A stretch of DNA of 64,000 nucleotides from Sandaracinaceae bacterium (GTDB lineage Bacteria; Myxococcota_A; Polyangia; Polyangiales; Sandaracinaceae): the NCBI GenBank assembly GCA_044220955.1, contig JBGAQA010000016.1:38286-102285 (forward strand), read 5' to 3'. Position numbers and translations under genes: made by a program. Every line of letters starts with the position of its first letter. The stretch's first letter is position 1. Shown in pieces: positions 27,272 to 38,542 of the stretch. The notes beneath the pieces are model-generated. The model was given only the letters and a program-made list of their open reading frames with translations, made no database searches and was not told where the DNA came from.

Positions 27272-29203
27272 CTACGCCTCCGCGTGCGCCCTCGCCGCCT
27301 CGATCGAGCCGGCGAGCAGGTCGGTGAAGCGCCGCGCGAACGCGCCCGGATCCTCGAGCGAGGCGCCCTCGGCGAGCTGCGCCTGCGCGTAGAGGTCGTC
27401 GATGAAGCGCTCGAGATCGGGGTGGATCGGCTTCTCGTCGAGGAGCGCGACGAGCGCGCGGATCGCGGGATGATCGGGGTTGATCTCGAGGATGCGCTTC
27501 TCGGCGGGGAGCGGCTGCTGTGCGCGCGAGAGGAGGCGCCGAACGTGCGGCGGCAGATCGCCCTCCGGCACCACGAGACACGCGGCCGAGCCGACGAGCC
27601 GCGTGCTCGCGCGGACCTCCTTCACGTGCTCCTGCAGTCGGACGCGGATCCGATCGCGGAGGTTGCGCGTGCGATCGTCCTTGTCCTTCTGCGACGCCTT
27701 CTCCTCCTCGCTCGCCGCGCCGAGGTCGAGGTCGGCCGCGGCCGCGTTCACGATCTTGGTCCCTTCCCACTCGCGCAACGCCTCGATGGCGAAGGGGTCG
27801 ACGGGGTCGGTCAGGAGCATCACCTCGTAGCCGCGCTTGCGGAGCGCCTCGAGGTGCGGGCTCCCGAGGAGCGTCTTCTTCGACTCGCCCGTGAGGTAGT
27901 AGATCGCGCTCTGTCCGTCCTTCATGCGGGACTTCAGCTCGTCGAGAGACGCGAGCGCCGCCTCCTCGTGGGTCGTCTCGAAGCGCAGGAGCTTGCCGAG
28001 CTTGGGGGCGAGCTCGGGCTCGAAGTGCAGGCCCTCCTTCAGCACCGGCCCGAAGCTCCGCCAGAAGATCGCGTAGTCCTCGGCCTTCTCGGACGCGAGC
28101 TTGGCCAAGAGGTCGAGCGCGCGCTTCTGGACCTGCTTCTTGATCGTCTTGGTGATGCGCGAGTCCTGGAGCACCTCGCGGCTGACGTTGAGCGGGAGAT
28201 CCTCGCTGTCGACGACGCCGCGCACGAAGCGCAGCCAGCGCGGCAAGAGCTCGTCGGCCTCCTCGAGGACGAAGACGCGCTTGACGTAGAGGCGCAGCCC
28301 CCCCTTCGTGTCGGGGTGGAAGAGGTCGAAGGGCGGCTCGCGCGGCAGGTAGAGCACGCCGCGGAACTCCTGCGTGCCCTCGACCTTGAAGGGGTCGAAC
28401 GCGAGCGGCCGCTCGTGGTCGTGGCTCAGGTGCCGGTACAGCTCCTCCCACTGCTCTTGCGTCACCTCGCTCGCGGGGCGCTGCCAGAGCGGCGCGCCCT
28501 GGTTGACGGTCTTGTACGTCGCCGGCGCGTCCTGCTTCTCGTGCGCCTGTCGCAGCTCGATCGGGAAGTGGACGTAGTCGGAGTACTTGCGGACGAGCTC
28601 CTCGATCCGCCACGTGGTCAGCATGCCGCGATGGTCGTCCTTGAGGTGCAGGACGACGCTCGTGCCGGTCTCGACGCGGGACGCGGGCGCGACCGTGAAC
28701 GCGCTCTGCCCGTCGCTCGACCACCTCCACGCCTCGCGCTGACCGGCCGCCAGGCTGATCACGTCGACGCGATCGGCGACGAGGAACGCGCTGTAGAAGC
28801 CGACGCCGAACTGGCCGATCAGGGACACGTCGCCCTTGTTCTGCTGGGCGGCCTTCAGCTTCTCGGCCAGCTCACGCGTGCCCGACTTCGCGATCGTGCC
28901 GAGGTTCCGGGTCAGCTCGTCCTTCGTCATGCCGACGCCGTCGTCGGCGATCGTCAGCGTACCGGCCTTCTCGTCGGGCTCGATCCGGATCGCGAGCCGC
29001 GCGCCCTCGGGCAAGAGGTCGGGCTCGGAGATGGCGCGGAAGCGGCGCTTGTCGAGCGCATCGGAGGCGTTCGAGATCAGCTCGCGGAGGAAGACCTCGG
29101 GGTGCGAGTACAGCGAGTGGACGACGAGGCGCAGGACGGCCTCGACCTCGGCTTCGAACGCGTGGGTGGACTCGGTGGGGAGCTCGGTCTCTGTCTGGGT
29201 CAT
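27272..29203 (-). CDS. htpG: Molecular chaperone HtpG (Hsp90)
   Basis: SLYSHPEVFLRELISNASDA, NLGTIAKSGT, IGQFGVGFYSAF, GVVDSEDLPLNVSRE, LEINPDHP; start MTQTET. Confidence 0.96.
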   Translation of the reverse strand: MTQTETELPTESTHAFEAEVEAVLRLVVHSLYSHPEVFLRELISNASDALDKRRFRAISEPDLLPEGARLAIRIEPDEKAGTLTIADDGVGMTKDELTRNLGTIAKSGTRELAEKLKAAQQNKGDVSLIGQFGVGFYSAFLVADRVDVISLAAGQREAWRWSSDGQSAFTVAPASRVETGTSVVLHLKDDHRGMLTTWRIEELVRKYSDYVHFPIELRQAHEKQDAPATYKTVNQGAPLWQRPASEVTQEQWEELYRHLSHDHERPLAFDPFKVEGTQEFRGVLYLPREPPFDLFHPDTKGGLRLYVKRVFVLEEADELLPRWLRFVRGVVDSEDLPLNVSREVLQDSRITKTIKKQVQKRALDLLAKLASEKAEDYAIFWRSFGPVLKEGLHFEPELAPKLGKLLRFETTHEEAALASLDELKSRMKDGQSAIYYLTGESKKTLLGSPHLEALRKRGYEVMLLTDPVDPFAIEALREWEGTKIVNAAAADLDLGAASEEEKASQKDKDDRTRNLRDRIRVRLQEHVKEVRASTRLVGSAACLVVPEGDLPPHVRRLLSRAQQPLPAEKRILEINPDHPAIRALVALLDEKPIHPDLERFIDDLYAQAQLAEGASLEDPGAFARRFTDLLAGSIEAARAHAEA

Positions 29204-29270
29204 GTGGGCGCGCGCACCATCGACACGGATGCGTGGCGCGTCAAGCGGTGCCCGCCTACGCTCGCGAGCG

Positions 29271-30290
29271 ATGACGCACCTCGCCGGCTCCCGGGGAAGC
29301 CTCGCGGTCCTGCTCGCGCTGTCCGGCTGCTGCTTCGACGCGCTGAGCCCGCCGCCCACGGCGACGCCGCTCCCGGCGCCTTCCTCGCCGGGCACGGGGA
29401 CCGGCCCGCTCCTGCCGGGCGGCGCGAGCAGCGGCATCGGCGTGCCCATCTCGTTCGGCACCGGGAGCGACGACCCGACCTTCGCGCAGGGCTTCGCCGG
29501 AGGTCCGGTCCAGGGCACCACGTACGACCCGAGCTGCTACGCGGGTCACTACCCGAGCGCCCCCTCGCACGTGCTCACCATCACCTCGGGCCTGCCTTAC
29601 TTCCGGATCATGGCGTTCTCGGCCCGCGGCGGCGACTTGACGCTGCTCGTGCGGCAGCCGAACGGCCTCGTGCTCTGCAACGACGACTTCGACGGCCTGA
29701 ACCCGACGATCGAGATCACCGGTGGCGCGACGGGCGAGTACCAGGTCTACGTCGGCAACTTCAGCGCGCCCGGGCCCGAGCCCTACGAGCTCGGTGTCTC
29801 GACGCGCACGACGGTGTCGTCGTCGTCCATGCACGTCGCGCCACCCGTCACCGTGTCCGCGACGTCCCCCGGCCCTGCCGTCGGCGCGCTGCTGCTCACC
29901 GGCACGGCCACGGTGACGAGCGCGTCGGGCGCTCTGCCGGGGGTGACCACGGGCGCGTCCTGCACGTACACCCAGACCCGCGTCGCGGCGGGCGGCACCC
30001 CGGGCGCGCTCGACTGCCGCTGGCAGGTCACTTGCGGCGGGACCGACCTGTACGGTGGGACGGTGCCCGGTGGGTATCAGCCGTGCGCCGATCCGGCCTG
30101 GGCGCCAGCGACGTACGCGATGGACTCGGCGACCAGCGCCACCGACACGGATCCGACGTTCCTGTTCAGCGGCAGCACGATCACGATCGGCGACGACGCG
30201 AGCGGAACGCACGGCGCGTTCACGGTGACGCTGACGATCGACGGTCCCGCTCCGGCGGTCCCGCCGAGCTCGCCGGCGGCGAGCTCGTAG
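29271..30290 (+). CDS. Lipoprotein with PPC/pre-peptidase-like beta domain
   Basis: Lipobox [32 protein letters not shown] motif. Confidence 0.7.
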   Translation: MTHLAGSRGSLAVLLALSGCCFDALSPPPTATPLPAPSSPGTGTGPLLPGGASSGIGVPISFGTGSDDPTFAQGFAGGPVQGTTYDPSCYAGHYPSAPSHVLTITSGLPYFRIMAFSARGGDLTLLVRQPNGLVLCNDDFDGLNPTIEITGGATGEYQVYVGNFSAPGPEPYELGVSTRTTVSSSSMHVAPPVTVSATSPGPAVGALLLTGTATVTSASGALPGVTTGASCTYTQTRVAAGGTPGALDCRWQVTCGGTDLYGGTVPGGYQPCADPAWAPATYAMDSATSATDTDPTFLFSGSTITIGDDASGTHGAFTVTLTIDGPAPAVPPSSPAASS

Positions 30291-30339
30291 GCGCCTCGTG
30301 TCGCGCGCGTCCCGCGTCCCGCGTACGCTGCTCGGGTCG

Positions 30340-33300
30340 ATGACGCGTCGCGTGTTGGCATCGCTCTTCGCGCTCGCGGCGGCCTCGCCCGCGGCGGCGC
30401 AGACCGCCGAGCTCACGGGGACCTACGTCCGCTACGTCGCCGTGTCCCAGAACGGCGTGATGGTCGCGAGCGACGCGCCCGACGGACGCGCCTGCATGCC
30501 GAGCTGTCACTGCGACCCGACGAGCACGTCCTGCGTGGAGGGGCGCGGGATGCGCTACTCCGAGGAGGGCAGCGCGAGCGCGGTGACGTGCGACGCGTTC
30601 TACCCTCGCAACCTGGAGACCTTCACCGTCCAGGCGGTCCGCGTCGACGGGTCCAACCTCGTCGTCCACAACTCGTTCGACTCCGGTGCGCTCGGGCCGA
30701 GCGAGGGACCCGCGGTCGCAGACCGCGTCATCCACTGGGCCGGGACGTTCATGGACCACACCGGCGGCGGCTCGCTGCGCATCGACCAGGACTGGAGCTA
30801 CGCGCCCGACGATCGCGTGGTGCGGCTGACGGTCACGCTGACGAACCTCGGGCCCGCGCCGCTCTCGGAGGTTCACTACCTGCGCAACGCCGATCCCAAC
30901 TTCGTCGGGCTCTGCCCGGCGTCGGGCACGGGCAGCGCCGCGACGGCCAACGACGTCCTGAGGCAGCCGCCGACCGAGGGCGACGCGCTGGCCACGGCGA
31001 GCGCCGGCGGCTTCGTGCTGGGTATCGGCGCGCACGACGCGCGCGCGCGCGCGAGCACCGGCGGGCGCGAGAACACCGACGCGGCGGGGGAGTGGATCCG
31101 TCCGCGCGACGCGGAGGGCGCGCTCGAGAACGTCTCCGTCGACGTCGTCTTCCGCGAGCCCGAGCTCGCGCCCGGCGACGCCACGACGTTCGAGCTGCTC
31201 TACGTGTGGGGCACGACGGTGGCGGAGGTGGAGGCGCGCTTCGACGGGACCGGGGCCGGTGGCTCGACGTGCGCGGGCGTCGCCGACGGAGTCGGCTGCT
31301 CTTCGTCGTCCGGCGCGGCCGGGGTCTGCCACGCGTTCTCGTGCTGTACCGGTTGCTGGGACGCGGCGGCGGGCCGCTGCGAGGGCGGCGCCACGGCGGA
31401 GCACTGCGGTCTGGCCGGCGCGGCGTGCACGAGCTGCGACGACCACCTCGACTGCACGTCGGACGTCTGCGGGCTCGGTGTGTGCACGAACCCGCCCGCG
31501 CCCGTGGCGACGCCCTGCGAGGACGGGGCGTTCTGCACCGTCGGTGACGTCTGTGACGGCCACTCGCGCTGCGTCGCGGGGGCGGGCAACGAGTGCGACG
31601 ATCACGCGGCATGCACGTCCGACGCGTGCGACGAGTCGGCGGACGCATGCCTGCACGTGCTCGGCAGCGGCTGTCTCGTCGGCGGCGACTGCGTCGCGAG
31701 CGGCGCGCGACCCCTGGCGTATCCCTGCCTCGTCTGCGACCCGACGCAGAGCGCCAGCGACTGGTCGCCCGCGCCCGTCGCGAGCGCGTGCAGCGACGCG
31801 CGCTGCTCGGCGGGCGTGACGTTCTCGGAGGGGACGTGCGACGCGGCAGGAGCGTGCGTGCGCGCGACGGTGATGGCCTGCGCGAGCGGGGCGTGCCTGC
31901 ACGACGGCAGCGCCTGCGAGCCGCCGTGCACCGCGTCGAGCTGCCCCCCCGGTGAGCGCTGCGGCGAGGCGATGCACTGCGTCTCGCTCGCGACGGACGG
32001 CTCGACGTGCGCCGCCGACGACGAGTGCAGCTCCGGCCACTGCGCGGACGGGGTCTGCTGCGCGGACGCGTGCACGGGGCTCTGCGCGGCCTGCGACCTG
32101 CCCCACGAAGAGGGGCGCTGCGTCGCGATCCCCGCCACGACGGACCCCGCGCGCGAGTGCCCGGGCAGCGCCGTCTGCGACGGCCACGGGGCGTGCGCGA
32201 CACCCGGCGTGCCCGACGCGGGGACGACGGACGCGTCCCGGCTCGACGCGGCCACGACCCCACCGGCACCTCGCTCGAGCTGCCGCTGCGCTGCGGCCGG
32301 CGCCGCAGAGGGCGGGCCGGCGCTCGCGCTGCTCGGGCTCTTCGCGCTCGGCGCCCTCGTGGTCGCGCGGCGGCGCAGGGCGGCGATCGCGCTCGTGATC
32401 GCGGTGCTCCTCGCGCCCAGCGTCGCGCTCGCGACCGTCCTCACCGGCTCGCTCGGGTTCCGTTGGGACGTCGACGACGCGGTGGGCGGGCACGGCGAGA
32501 TCGCCAACGGTACGTCCGACGCGTACGACGCCTGCTACGTGCTCGCCGTCGCCTCGACGCAATACACGCTGCCGATCGGCGGCACGCCTTCGCTCTCGGC
32601 CGCGGGCCGGCAGGTCGATCTGCCACCGGTCGCGCTCGGGACGGACGGCCTGACGGCCGAGCGGCACGTCTACGTCACGCCGACGGGCGACTGGGCGCGC
32701 TTCATCGAGGTGATCGCGAACCCCACCGCCAGCTCGATCAGCGCCTCGGTCGCCATCTCGGGCAACCTCGGCAGCGACTCGGCGACCACCCTCGTCGCGA
32801 CCTCGAGCGGCGACGCCGTGCTCACCACGGCCGACACCTGGTTCACCACCGACGACACCGACCTCGCCGGCGACCCCTCGCTCGCGCACGTCTTGCGCGG
32901 CGCCGGGGCTGCCGTCGACGCGGCCGCGGTGACGCTCTCGGGCGACCAGATCTCGTACGTCTACGGCGTGACGGTGCCCGCGCACGGGCGCGTCGCGATC
33001 ATGCACTTCGCGGTGCAGGCCTCGAGCCGCGCGCTCGCCGAGGCGGGCGCCAGGGCGGTCTCGATGCTGGGCGACGACACGCGCATCGGCGCCGAGCCCT
33101 GGGCGACCGCGATCGTCAATTGGTCGACGGGATGGATGGATCCCTGCGCCGGGCGGCCGGACCTCGCGGCGTGCTCGTCGTGGTCCGGCCCGACGGGCGT
33201 CTGTCACGGCGGGGCGTGCTGCACCGGCTGCTGGGACGGAAGCGCGTGTCAGACGGGCAGCGACGTCGCGGCGTGTGGGCGGCAGGGCGCGGCGTGCGCG

Positions 33301-34266
33301 GAGTGTCGCGACGCCGAGTCGTGCACCGACGACTCCTGCGGCGGGGGCGTGTGCATGCACGTGCCGACGCCGAGCTCGTCGCGCTGCGACGACGGCGCGT
33401 TCTGCACGGCCGGCGATCACTGCGACGGCGCGGGCAGGTGCCGCGCGGGAGCGACGAGCCCTTGCGACGACGGCGTGAGCTGCACCATCGACGACTGTGA
33501 CGAGACCGCCCGCGCGTGCTCGAACGTGTTCTCGACCGGCTGCACGATCGGCGGCGAGTGCGTGGGCGTGGGCGAGCACCACGTGGCCTACCCGTGCCTC
33601 GTCTGCGACCCGACGCGCGACGCGAGCGACTGGTCGACGGAGCCGGCGGGGACGACGTGCGGCGCCACGCGATGCAGCGCGGGCCACGTCTTCGCGGCGG
33701 GGACCTGCGACGCCGCCGGGGCGTGCGACGCCCCGCGACCGACGACGTGCGCTTCGTCGAGCTGCGACCCGGACGGCGTGCGGTGCGAGCCCGTCTGCAC
33801 GGCGACGAGCTGTCCGGCCGGCCAGCGCTGCGGCGCCGAGCTGCACTGCATCTCCGTCCTCGCGCTCGGCTCGGCGTGCACGAGCGACGAAGAGTGCGTC
33901 TCGGACGCGTGTGCCGACGGCGTCTGCTGCGATCGCGCGTGCGACGGCACGTGCGAGGCGTGCGATCTCTCCGGGCGCACGGGGACGTGCCGCACGATCT
34001 CGGCGGGGATGGACCCGGCCGGCGAGTGCGGCCCGATGCGCTCGTGTGACGGCCGGGGCGGGTGCGCCGGGCGCGGCGGCGACGCCGGGCGCGCGGACGC
34101 GGCGAGCGCGGGCGGCGATGCAGGCATGGCGGCAGACTCCGGCGCCCCGGCCCCGCGGGCGGCCGCGTGCAGCTGCCGGGCGCAGGGCCGTCGCGGCGAC
34201 GGGTGGGCGAGCCTCGCGCTGGGCCTCGCCGTCCTGGTCGTGTCGCGCCGGCGCCCTGCGTGGTAA
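30340..34266 (+). CDS. Large Cys-rich surface protein with two MYXO-CTERM-like signals (internal and terminal)
   Basis: Signal peptide; head, Cys-rich stalk and CRC..TM..RRRR; then second signal-like stretch, different head, duplicated stalk and CSC..TM..RRR. Confidence 0.85.
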   Translation: MTRRVLASLFALAAASPAAAQTAELTGTYVRYVAVSQNGVMVASDAPDGRACMPSCHCDPTSTSCVEGRGMRYSEEGSASAVTCDAFYPRNLETFTVQAVRVDGSNLVVHNSFDSGALGPSEGPAVADRVIHWAGTFMDHTGGGSLRIDQDWSYAPDDRVVRLTVTLTNLGPAPLSEVHYLRNADPNFVGLCPASGTGSAATANDVLRQPPTEGDALATASAGGFVLGIGAHDARARASTGGRENTDAAGEWIRPRDAEGALENVSVDVVFREPELAPGDATTFELLYVWGTTVAEVEARFDGTGAGGSTCAGVADGVGCSSSSGAAGVCHAFSCCTGCWDAAAGRCEGGATAEHCGLAGAACTSCDDHLDCTSDVCGLGVCTNPPAPVATPCEDGAFCTVGDVCDGHSRCVAGAGNECDDHAACTSDACDESADACLHVLGSGCLVGGDCVASGARPLAYPCLVCDPTQSASDWSPAPVASACSDARCSAGVTFSEGTCDAAGACVRATVMACASGACLHDGSACEPPCTASSCPPGERCGEAMHCVSLATDGSTCAADDECSSGHCADGVCCADACTGLCAACDLPHEEGRCVAIPATTDPARECPGSAVCDGHGACATPGVPDAGTTDASRLDAATTPPAPRSSCRCAAAGAAEGGPALALLGLFALGALVVARRRRAAIALVIAVLLAPSVALATVLTGSLGFRWDVDDAVGGHGEIANGTSDAYDACYVLAVASTQYTLPIGGTPSLSAAGRQVDLPPVALGTDGLTAERHVYVTPTGDWARFIEVIANPTASSISASVAISGNLGSDSATTLVATSSGDAVLTTADTWFTTDDTDLAGDPSLAHVLRGAGAAVDAAAVTLSGDQISYVYGVTVPAHGRVAIMHFAVQASSRALAEAGARAVSMLGDDTRIGAEPWATAIVNWSTGWMDPCAGRPDLAACSSWSGPTGVCHGGACCTGCWDGSACQTGSDVAACGRQGAACAECRDAESCTDDSCGGGVCMHVPTPSSSRCDDGAFCTAGDHCDGAGRCRAGATSPCDDGVSCTIDDCDETARACSNVFSTGCTIGGECVGVGEHHVAYPCLVCDPTRDASDWSTEPAGTTCGATRCSAGHVFAAGTCDAAGACDAPRPTTCASSSCDPDGVRCEPVCTATSCPAGQRCGAELHCISVLALGSACTSDEECVSDACADGVCCDRACDGTCEACDLSGRTGTCRTISAGMDPAGECGPMRSCDGRGGCAGRGGDAGRADAASAGGDAGMAADSGAPAPRAAACSCRAQGRRGDGWASLALGLAVLVVSRRRPAW

Positions 34267-34275
34267 GAGCGCCCG

Positions 34276-34608
34276 ATGCGCACCGTGCACTGCGTGAAGA
34301 TGGGCAAGGACGGCGAGGGCCTCGAGCGCCCGCCGTTCAAGAACGAGCTCGGCCAGAAGATCTTCGAGAACGTCTCGAAGGAGGGCTGGAAGGCCTGGCT
34401 CGCGCACTCGACGATGCTGATCAACGAGTACCGGCTCGACCTCTCCTCCAAGCAGGGCACCGAGTTCCTGCTCAAGCAGGCGGAGGCGTTCTTCTTCGGT
34501 GACGGAGGGGCCAAGCCCGAGGGCTACGTGCCGCCGAAGCCCGAGCACCACCACGGCCACGATCACGATCACGGCCACGATCACGATCACGACCACGACG
34601 AGAAGTGA
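34276..34608 (+). CDS. yggX: Fe(II)-trafficking / oxidative damage protection protein (YggX family) with His/Asp tail
   Basis: MRTVHCVK..GL..PP...LGQKIFENVSKEGWKAW....MLINEYRL; tail HHHGHDHDHGHDHDHDHD. Confidence 0.9.
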   Translation: MRTVHCVKMGKDGEGLERPPFKNELGQKIFENVSKEGWKAWLAHSTMLINEYRLDLSSKQGTEFLLKQAEAFFFGDGGAKPEGYVPPKPEHHHGHDHDHGHDHDHDHDEK

Positions 34609-36431
34609 GCGAGCGCGCATCGCCGGAGCCGGAGCACACGCGCCGCCGTGACGCGTTCGCCGCCGAGGCTTCGCGCCTGGCCGGCGTCGCCGACCGGATC
34701 TCGATGCTGCGGCTGGTGCTCTTCCTGGCGCTCGGCTCGGCCGTGGCGGCGGCGTTCGCCGAGCGATCGCTCGCCATCGGAGCCGGGGCGCTGGCCGCGA
34801 CGATCGCCTTCGCGGCCGCGGTGGTGTGGCACGCGCGCGTGCACGCGGCGAAGGAGCGCGCCGAGGTCCGCCGCGAGATCCACGACCGGCACCTGCGCCG
34901 CATCGCGGGCAAGACCGAGGGCCTGCCCGACGGCACGGGGACGATCCCCGACGCCCATCCGTACGCGTCGGACATCGACCTGGTCGGGCGTGGGTCGCTC
35001 TTCGAGCGCTACGCCGTCGCCCACACGGCGGCGGGCACCGAGACGCTCGGGCGCTGGCTCGGCGCACCGGCCGACGTGGCGACGGCGCGCGCGCGCCAGG
35101 CGGCGGTCGTCGAGCTGGCGGACCGGAGGCTCGACGTGCGCGAGGCGCTCGAGGCGGCCGTGCTCGACTCGGGCAGCGAGTCGATCGACGCGCGGCCCTT
35201 CGTGGAGTTCTGCGAGGGGCCGAAGGCGCTCGCGAACCGGCCGCTGCTCGGCGTCGTGATCACGGTCTTGCCGCTGATCACGCTGGCGACGATCGCCGCC
35301 TCGGGCGTCGTGCTCCCGGAGCTCTCGTGGGTCCCCCTCGCCGCGCTCCAGGGGCTGCTCGCGCGCCAGCTCGAGCGCGACGTGGCGCGGGCCTACGCGC
35401 AGGTGGTGTCGAAGCGGAGGTTCGTGGAGAGCTACCGCGCGATCCTGAAGGTCGCCGAGGAGATGCCCGCGGAGGCGGCGGCGCTCGTGGCGCTGAAGGA
35501 GCGCTTGAACGTCACCGGCGCGCGGCCTTCGGTCGAGCTCGCGCGCCTCGAGCTCTGGGCGTCGCTCTTCGAGGTGCGCGCGCAGGGGCTCGTGCACCTG
35601 GTCGTGAACGTGCTCCTGCTCTGGGACGCCAACGTGCTCTTCCGGCTCGAGCGCTGGGCGCTCCGGGCCGGCACGCGCACGCGCGAGTGGCTCGTCGCGC
35701 TCGGCGAGATCGAGGCGCTCTCGTCCTTGGCCGTGATGCGGGCGACCGACCCCTCGTCGTCGATGCCGGAGCTCTCGGAGGAGGGTGGCCTCGCGGCGGA
35801 GGCCCTCGCGCACCCGCTGATCGTGCGGAGCGCGCGCGTGGCGAACGACGTGCAGATCGCGGGGCCCGGGACGGCGCTGGTGGTGACGGGCTCGAACATG
35901 GCGGGCAAGAGCACGCTGCTGCGCGCGATCGGCGTCAACGTGGTGCTCGCGCTCGCGGGCGGTCCCGTCTCGGCGCGCGCCATGCGCGTCCCGCTCACGC
36001 GCCTGCGCGCGAGCATGCGCATCGCCGACTCGCTCCAGCACGGCGCCAGCTACTTCCAGGCCGAGCTCGCGCGCCTGCGCACCGTGATCGAGGACGCGGA
36101 CGACGCGCCGCCGATCCTCTTCCTGCTCGACGAGCTCCTGCGCGGCACGAACGCGCGCGCGCGCCACAAGGGGGCGCGTGCCGTGGTGCTGCACCTCTTG
36201 GCTCGCCGCGCGATGGGCATCGTCGCCACGCACGACATCGCGCTCAGCGAGCTCGAGGAGGAGCTCGACGGGAAGGTGAAGAACTTCCACTTCACGGACG
36301 TGCTCAGCCCCGAGGGCGAGATGACGTTCGACTACCGGCTCCGCCCGGGCGTCGTGAAGACCAGCAACGCGCTCCGCCTCCTGGCGATGGCCGGCGTCGA
36401 GGTCGAGGCCGACGACAAGCTCAAGGACTGA
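34605..36431 (+). CDS. MutS-related protein (MutS domain V ATPase with N-terminal TM helices)
   Basis: HPYASDIDLVG.GSLF, HPL, TGSNMAGKSTLLR, SYFQAEL, LLDELLRGTN, ATHD, FDYRLRPG..SNA; GTGA overlap with the yggX stop. Confidence 0.9.
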   Translation: MSERASPEPEHTRRRDAFAAEASRLAGVADRISMLRLVLFLALGSAVAAAFAERSLAIGAGALAATIAFAAAVVWHARVHAAKERAEVRREIHDRHLRRIAGKTEGLPDGTGTIPDAHPYASDIDLVGRGSLFERYAVAHTAAGTETLGRWLGAPADVATARARQAAVVELADRRLDVREALEAAVLDSGSESIDARPFVEFCEGPKALANRPLLGVVITVLPLITLATIAASGVVLPELSWVPLAALQGLLARQLERDVARAYAQVVSKRRFVESYRAILKVAEEMPAEAAALVALKERLNVTGARPSVELARLELWASLFEVRAQGLVHLVVNVLLLWDANVLFRLERWALRAGTRTREWLVALGEIEALSSLAVMRATDPSSSMPELSEEGGLAAEALAHPLIVRSARVANDVQIAGPGTALVVTGSNMAGKSTLLRAIGVNVVLALAGGPVSARAMRVPLTRLRASMRIADSLQHGASYFQAELARLRTVIEDADDAPPILFLLDELLRGTNARARHKGARAVVLHLLARRAMGIVATHDIALSELEEELDGKVKNFHFTDVLSPEGEMTFDYRLRPGVVKTSNALRLLAMAGVEVEADDKLKD

Positions 36432-36740
36432 TCGCGCGCGTCGTCGAGGTCGTGACCGAGAGTCTCGATCCCGGCCGCGCAGGGTGTGCTGGCCGCGTCG
36501 CGTGGCCGGTGCCCCCGTTGCTTCGCTCCGTCGGACACGAACGGCGGTGTCCTCGGACGCTCAACAACGGGCGCCCCGGCCCCGCGCCGCTACCGTTGAT
36601 CCGCTTGGCTCTCTTTGTTGAACCAACGCGTCTTCGACACCTTCACACACGAACGCGCTCCGCGCATTCGTGTGGAGGCGAGGGCTCCGCCCCCGCGCCC
36701 CCGCCACGCCCGCGAGACTCGGGGAGCCCGAGCACTCCGG

Positions 36741-38263
36741 TCACGGCAGCGAGATGGCGATCGCCCAGCCCGCGAGGCGCGCGACGAGGAGTGGACCGAA
36801 CAAGAGCGACGCGTTCACGGCGATCGCGAGCGCGAGGCCGAGAGCACGAGCGCGCGCGTCCTCGCGCAGCACCGCGAGATCGCCGGTGCCGAGCACCTTC
36901 GCGCGCGCGACGGTCGCGGTCCGATAGCCCTCCGGTGCCGCTTCGACGAGCACCGCGACGACATCGGCCGACGGTGCGCGGTCGAGCTCGAGCGGCGCGC
37001 CACCGCGATCGAGCGCGAAGCGATCCCCGTCCGGAGCGCGACGCGCGAGGACCGCGGTGGCGAGCGCCGAGAGGCGGAGCATCGTGCGGAGTGAGAGGAG
37101 CGCCGCGAGCGCGAGGACGATCACGCCGGCGGGCCAGAGGATCGCTCGCCACACCGGCACGCGCGGCATGCGAACGAGATCGGTGGCGCTGAGCTCGAGC
37201 GTGTCTTCGCCGGTCGACGTCGAGAGCGCGCTCGGCCGGCCTCGCGTCATGCCGACTCCTTCCGCGACGAGCACGTGGCCCGGCAGCCGGAGCGCGCTCG
37301 TCGGCCCGGTGCGCACGAAGATGGGGGTCCGAGCAGGGAGTCCGTGGAACGAGGGCCGCGCGTCCGTGACGCCGTCGGCGAGCCCCAGCCACCACGCCTG
37401 GAGGCTTCCGCGAGGGGAGCACGTGACGAACAGCCCGTCGCCGAGGTCGCCCATCCGATCGACGCACTCGATCGAGAGCGTGATGGCGCGCTCGTCACGC
37501 CACACCGCCGGCTCGGCGTCCGGGTCGACGACGATCGCCGCTGCGGCGAGCGCGATCGCTACGCACGCGCTGACGGAGAGCCATCGAGCGGGCGCTACGC
37601 GCGTCCTGTGGAGCCGCGAGGCGATCGCCGCGGCGGCGACGGCCGCGAGCGGCGCGGCGAGCGCTAGCAGCAACAGGATCAGCTCGCCCGGGAAGACGGC
37701 CGGCTGCAGCCGGTGGGGGCCGACCTCGACGCGCGCGATCGCGATCATGCAGGACGCGCCGGCCGCCCCCAGCCCGCCGATCCACGCGAGCGCGGCGTGC
37801 GGTGCGCGGCCGAGCGGCAGCGTCAGCACGGTGAGCGCGATCGCGACGACGACGCCGTGGAGACCCACGCCGGGGCCCACCGGCCCTCGGCCAGGGCGAG
37901 CGCGCCCGCGGCGATCAGCCCGGCCGCCGCGATCCGGCCTTGCGGCGTTCCGCGGCCCTCGGGCGCCGGTGCTTGCTCGGGCGTTGCGCCGCCTGCCACC
38001 CCGCGTCGCGTCACGAACGACCACACGAGCGTCACGATCGAGACGATGGCGCCCCCGGGGATCATGAAGAAGATCATCGCGAGCGCGAGCGCGATGTCGC
38101 ACGGGTAGTCTCCACACAGGCGCTGGCCGTGCCCGGTCGACTCCCAGTTCTCGACGTCCACCAGACAGAGGAACCAGCAAGGGACCGACAGCGCCAGCCA
38201 GGCGGCCGAGATCCCTCGCGCCCACCTCGCGCGGGCGGGCGTCCGGGTGTCTGGGCCCGCCAT
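36741..38263 (-). pseudogene. Polytopic membrane protein split by an apparent single-base frameshift near 37885 (or two overlapping ORFs)
   Basis: Hydrophobic ORF from 38263 (..AAGALALAEG) continues naturally in the -1 frame (PVGPGVGLHGVVVAIAL..) to stop 36741. Confidence 0.45.
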
Positions 38264-38344
38264 CGTGCGATGGTGCACGCGGGCGCGGACGTGGTGCCGT
38301 CGGCAGTGGCCAGTGGGTCGGCGCCGCCGTGCTACGTTGACCTC

Positions 38345-38542
38345 GTGAGCGAGTCCAGACGGCAGCCGCAGACGTCACCGAACGACGCCGCGCAGGATGC
38401 ACGCGTTCGCGCGGAGCGCGTTCGCGCGATGCTTGCCCGCTGGGAGCGCGAGGACGTCGCCGACGAGCCCGACTGGAGTGCCGACACGGTGGCGTCGTTG
38501 GCCCTCCGGCCACCGGCGAGCGACGCCCCCCCACGCCGGTGA
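38345..38542 (+). CDS. Putative antitoxin (VapB-like)
   Basis: 65-aa ORF (RVRAMLARWEREDVADEPDW) whose stop overlaps the GTG start of the PIN gene (GTGA). Confidence 0.55.
   Translation: MSESRRQPQTSPNDAAQDARVRAERVRAMLARWEREDVADEPDWSADTVASLALRPPASDAPPRR

Noticed and set aside
30220..35067. 1615-aa antisense ORF, and similar long ORFs such as 7488-11039, 19330-22401 and 27134-30343
   Set aside because: Arg/Ala/Pro-rich shadow frames of real genes in high-GC DNA.
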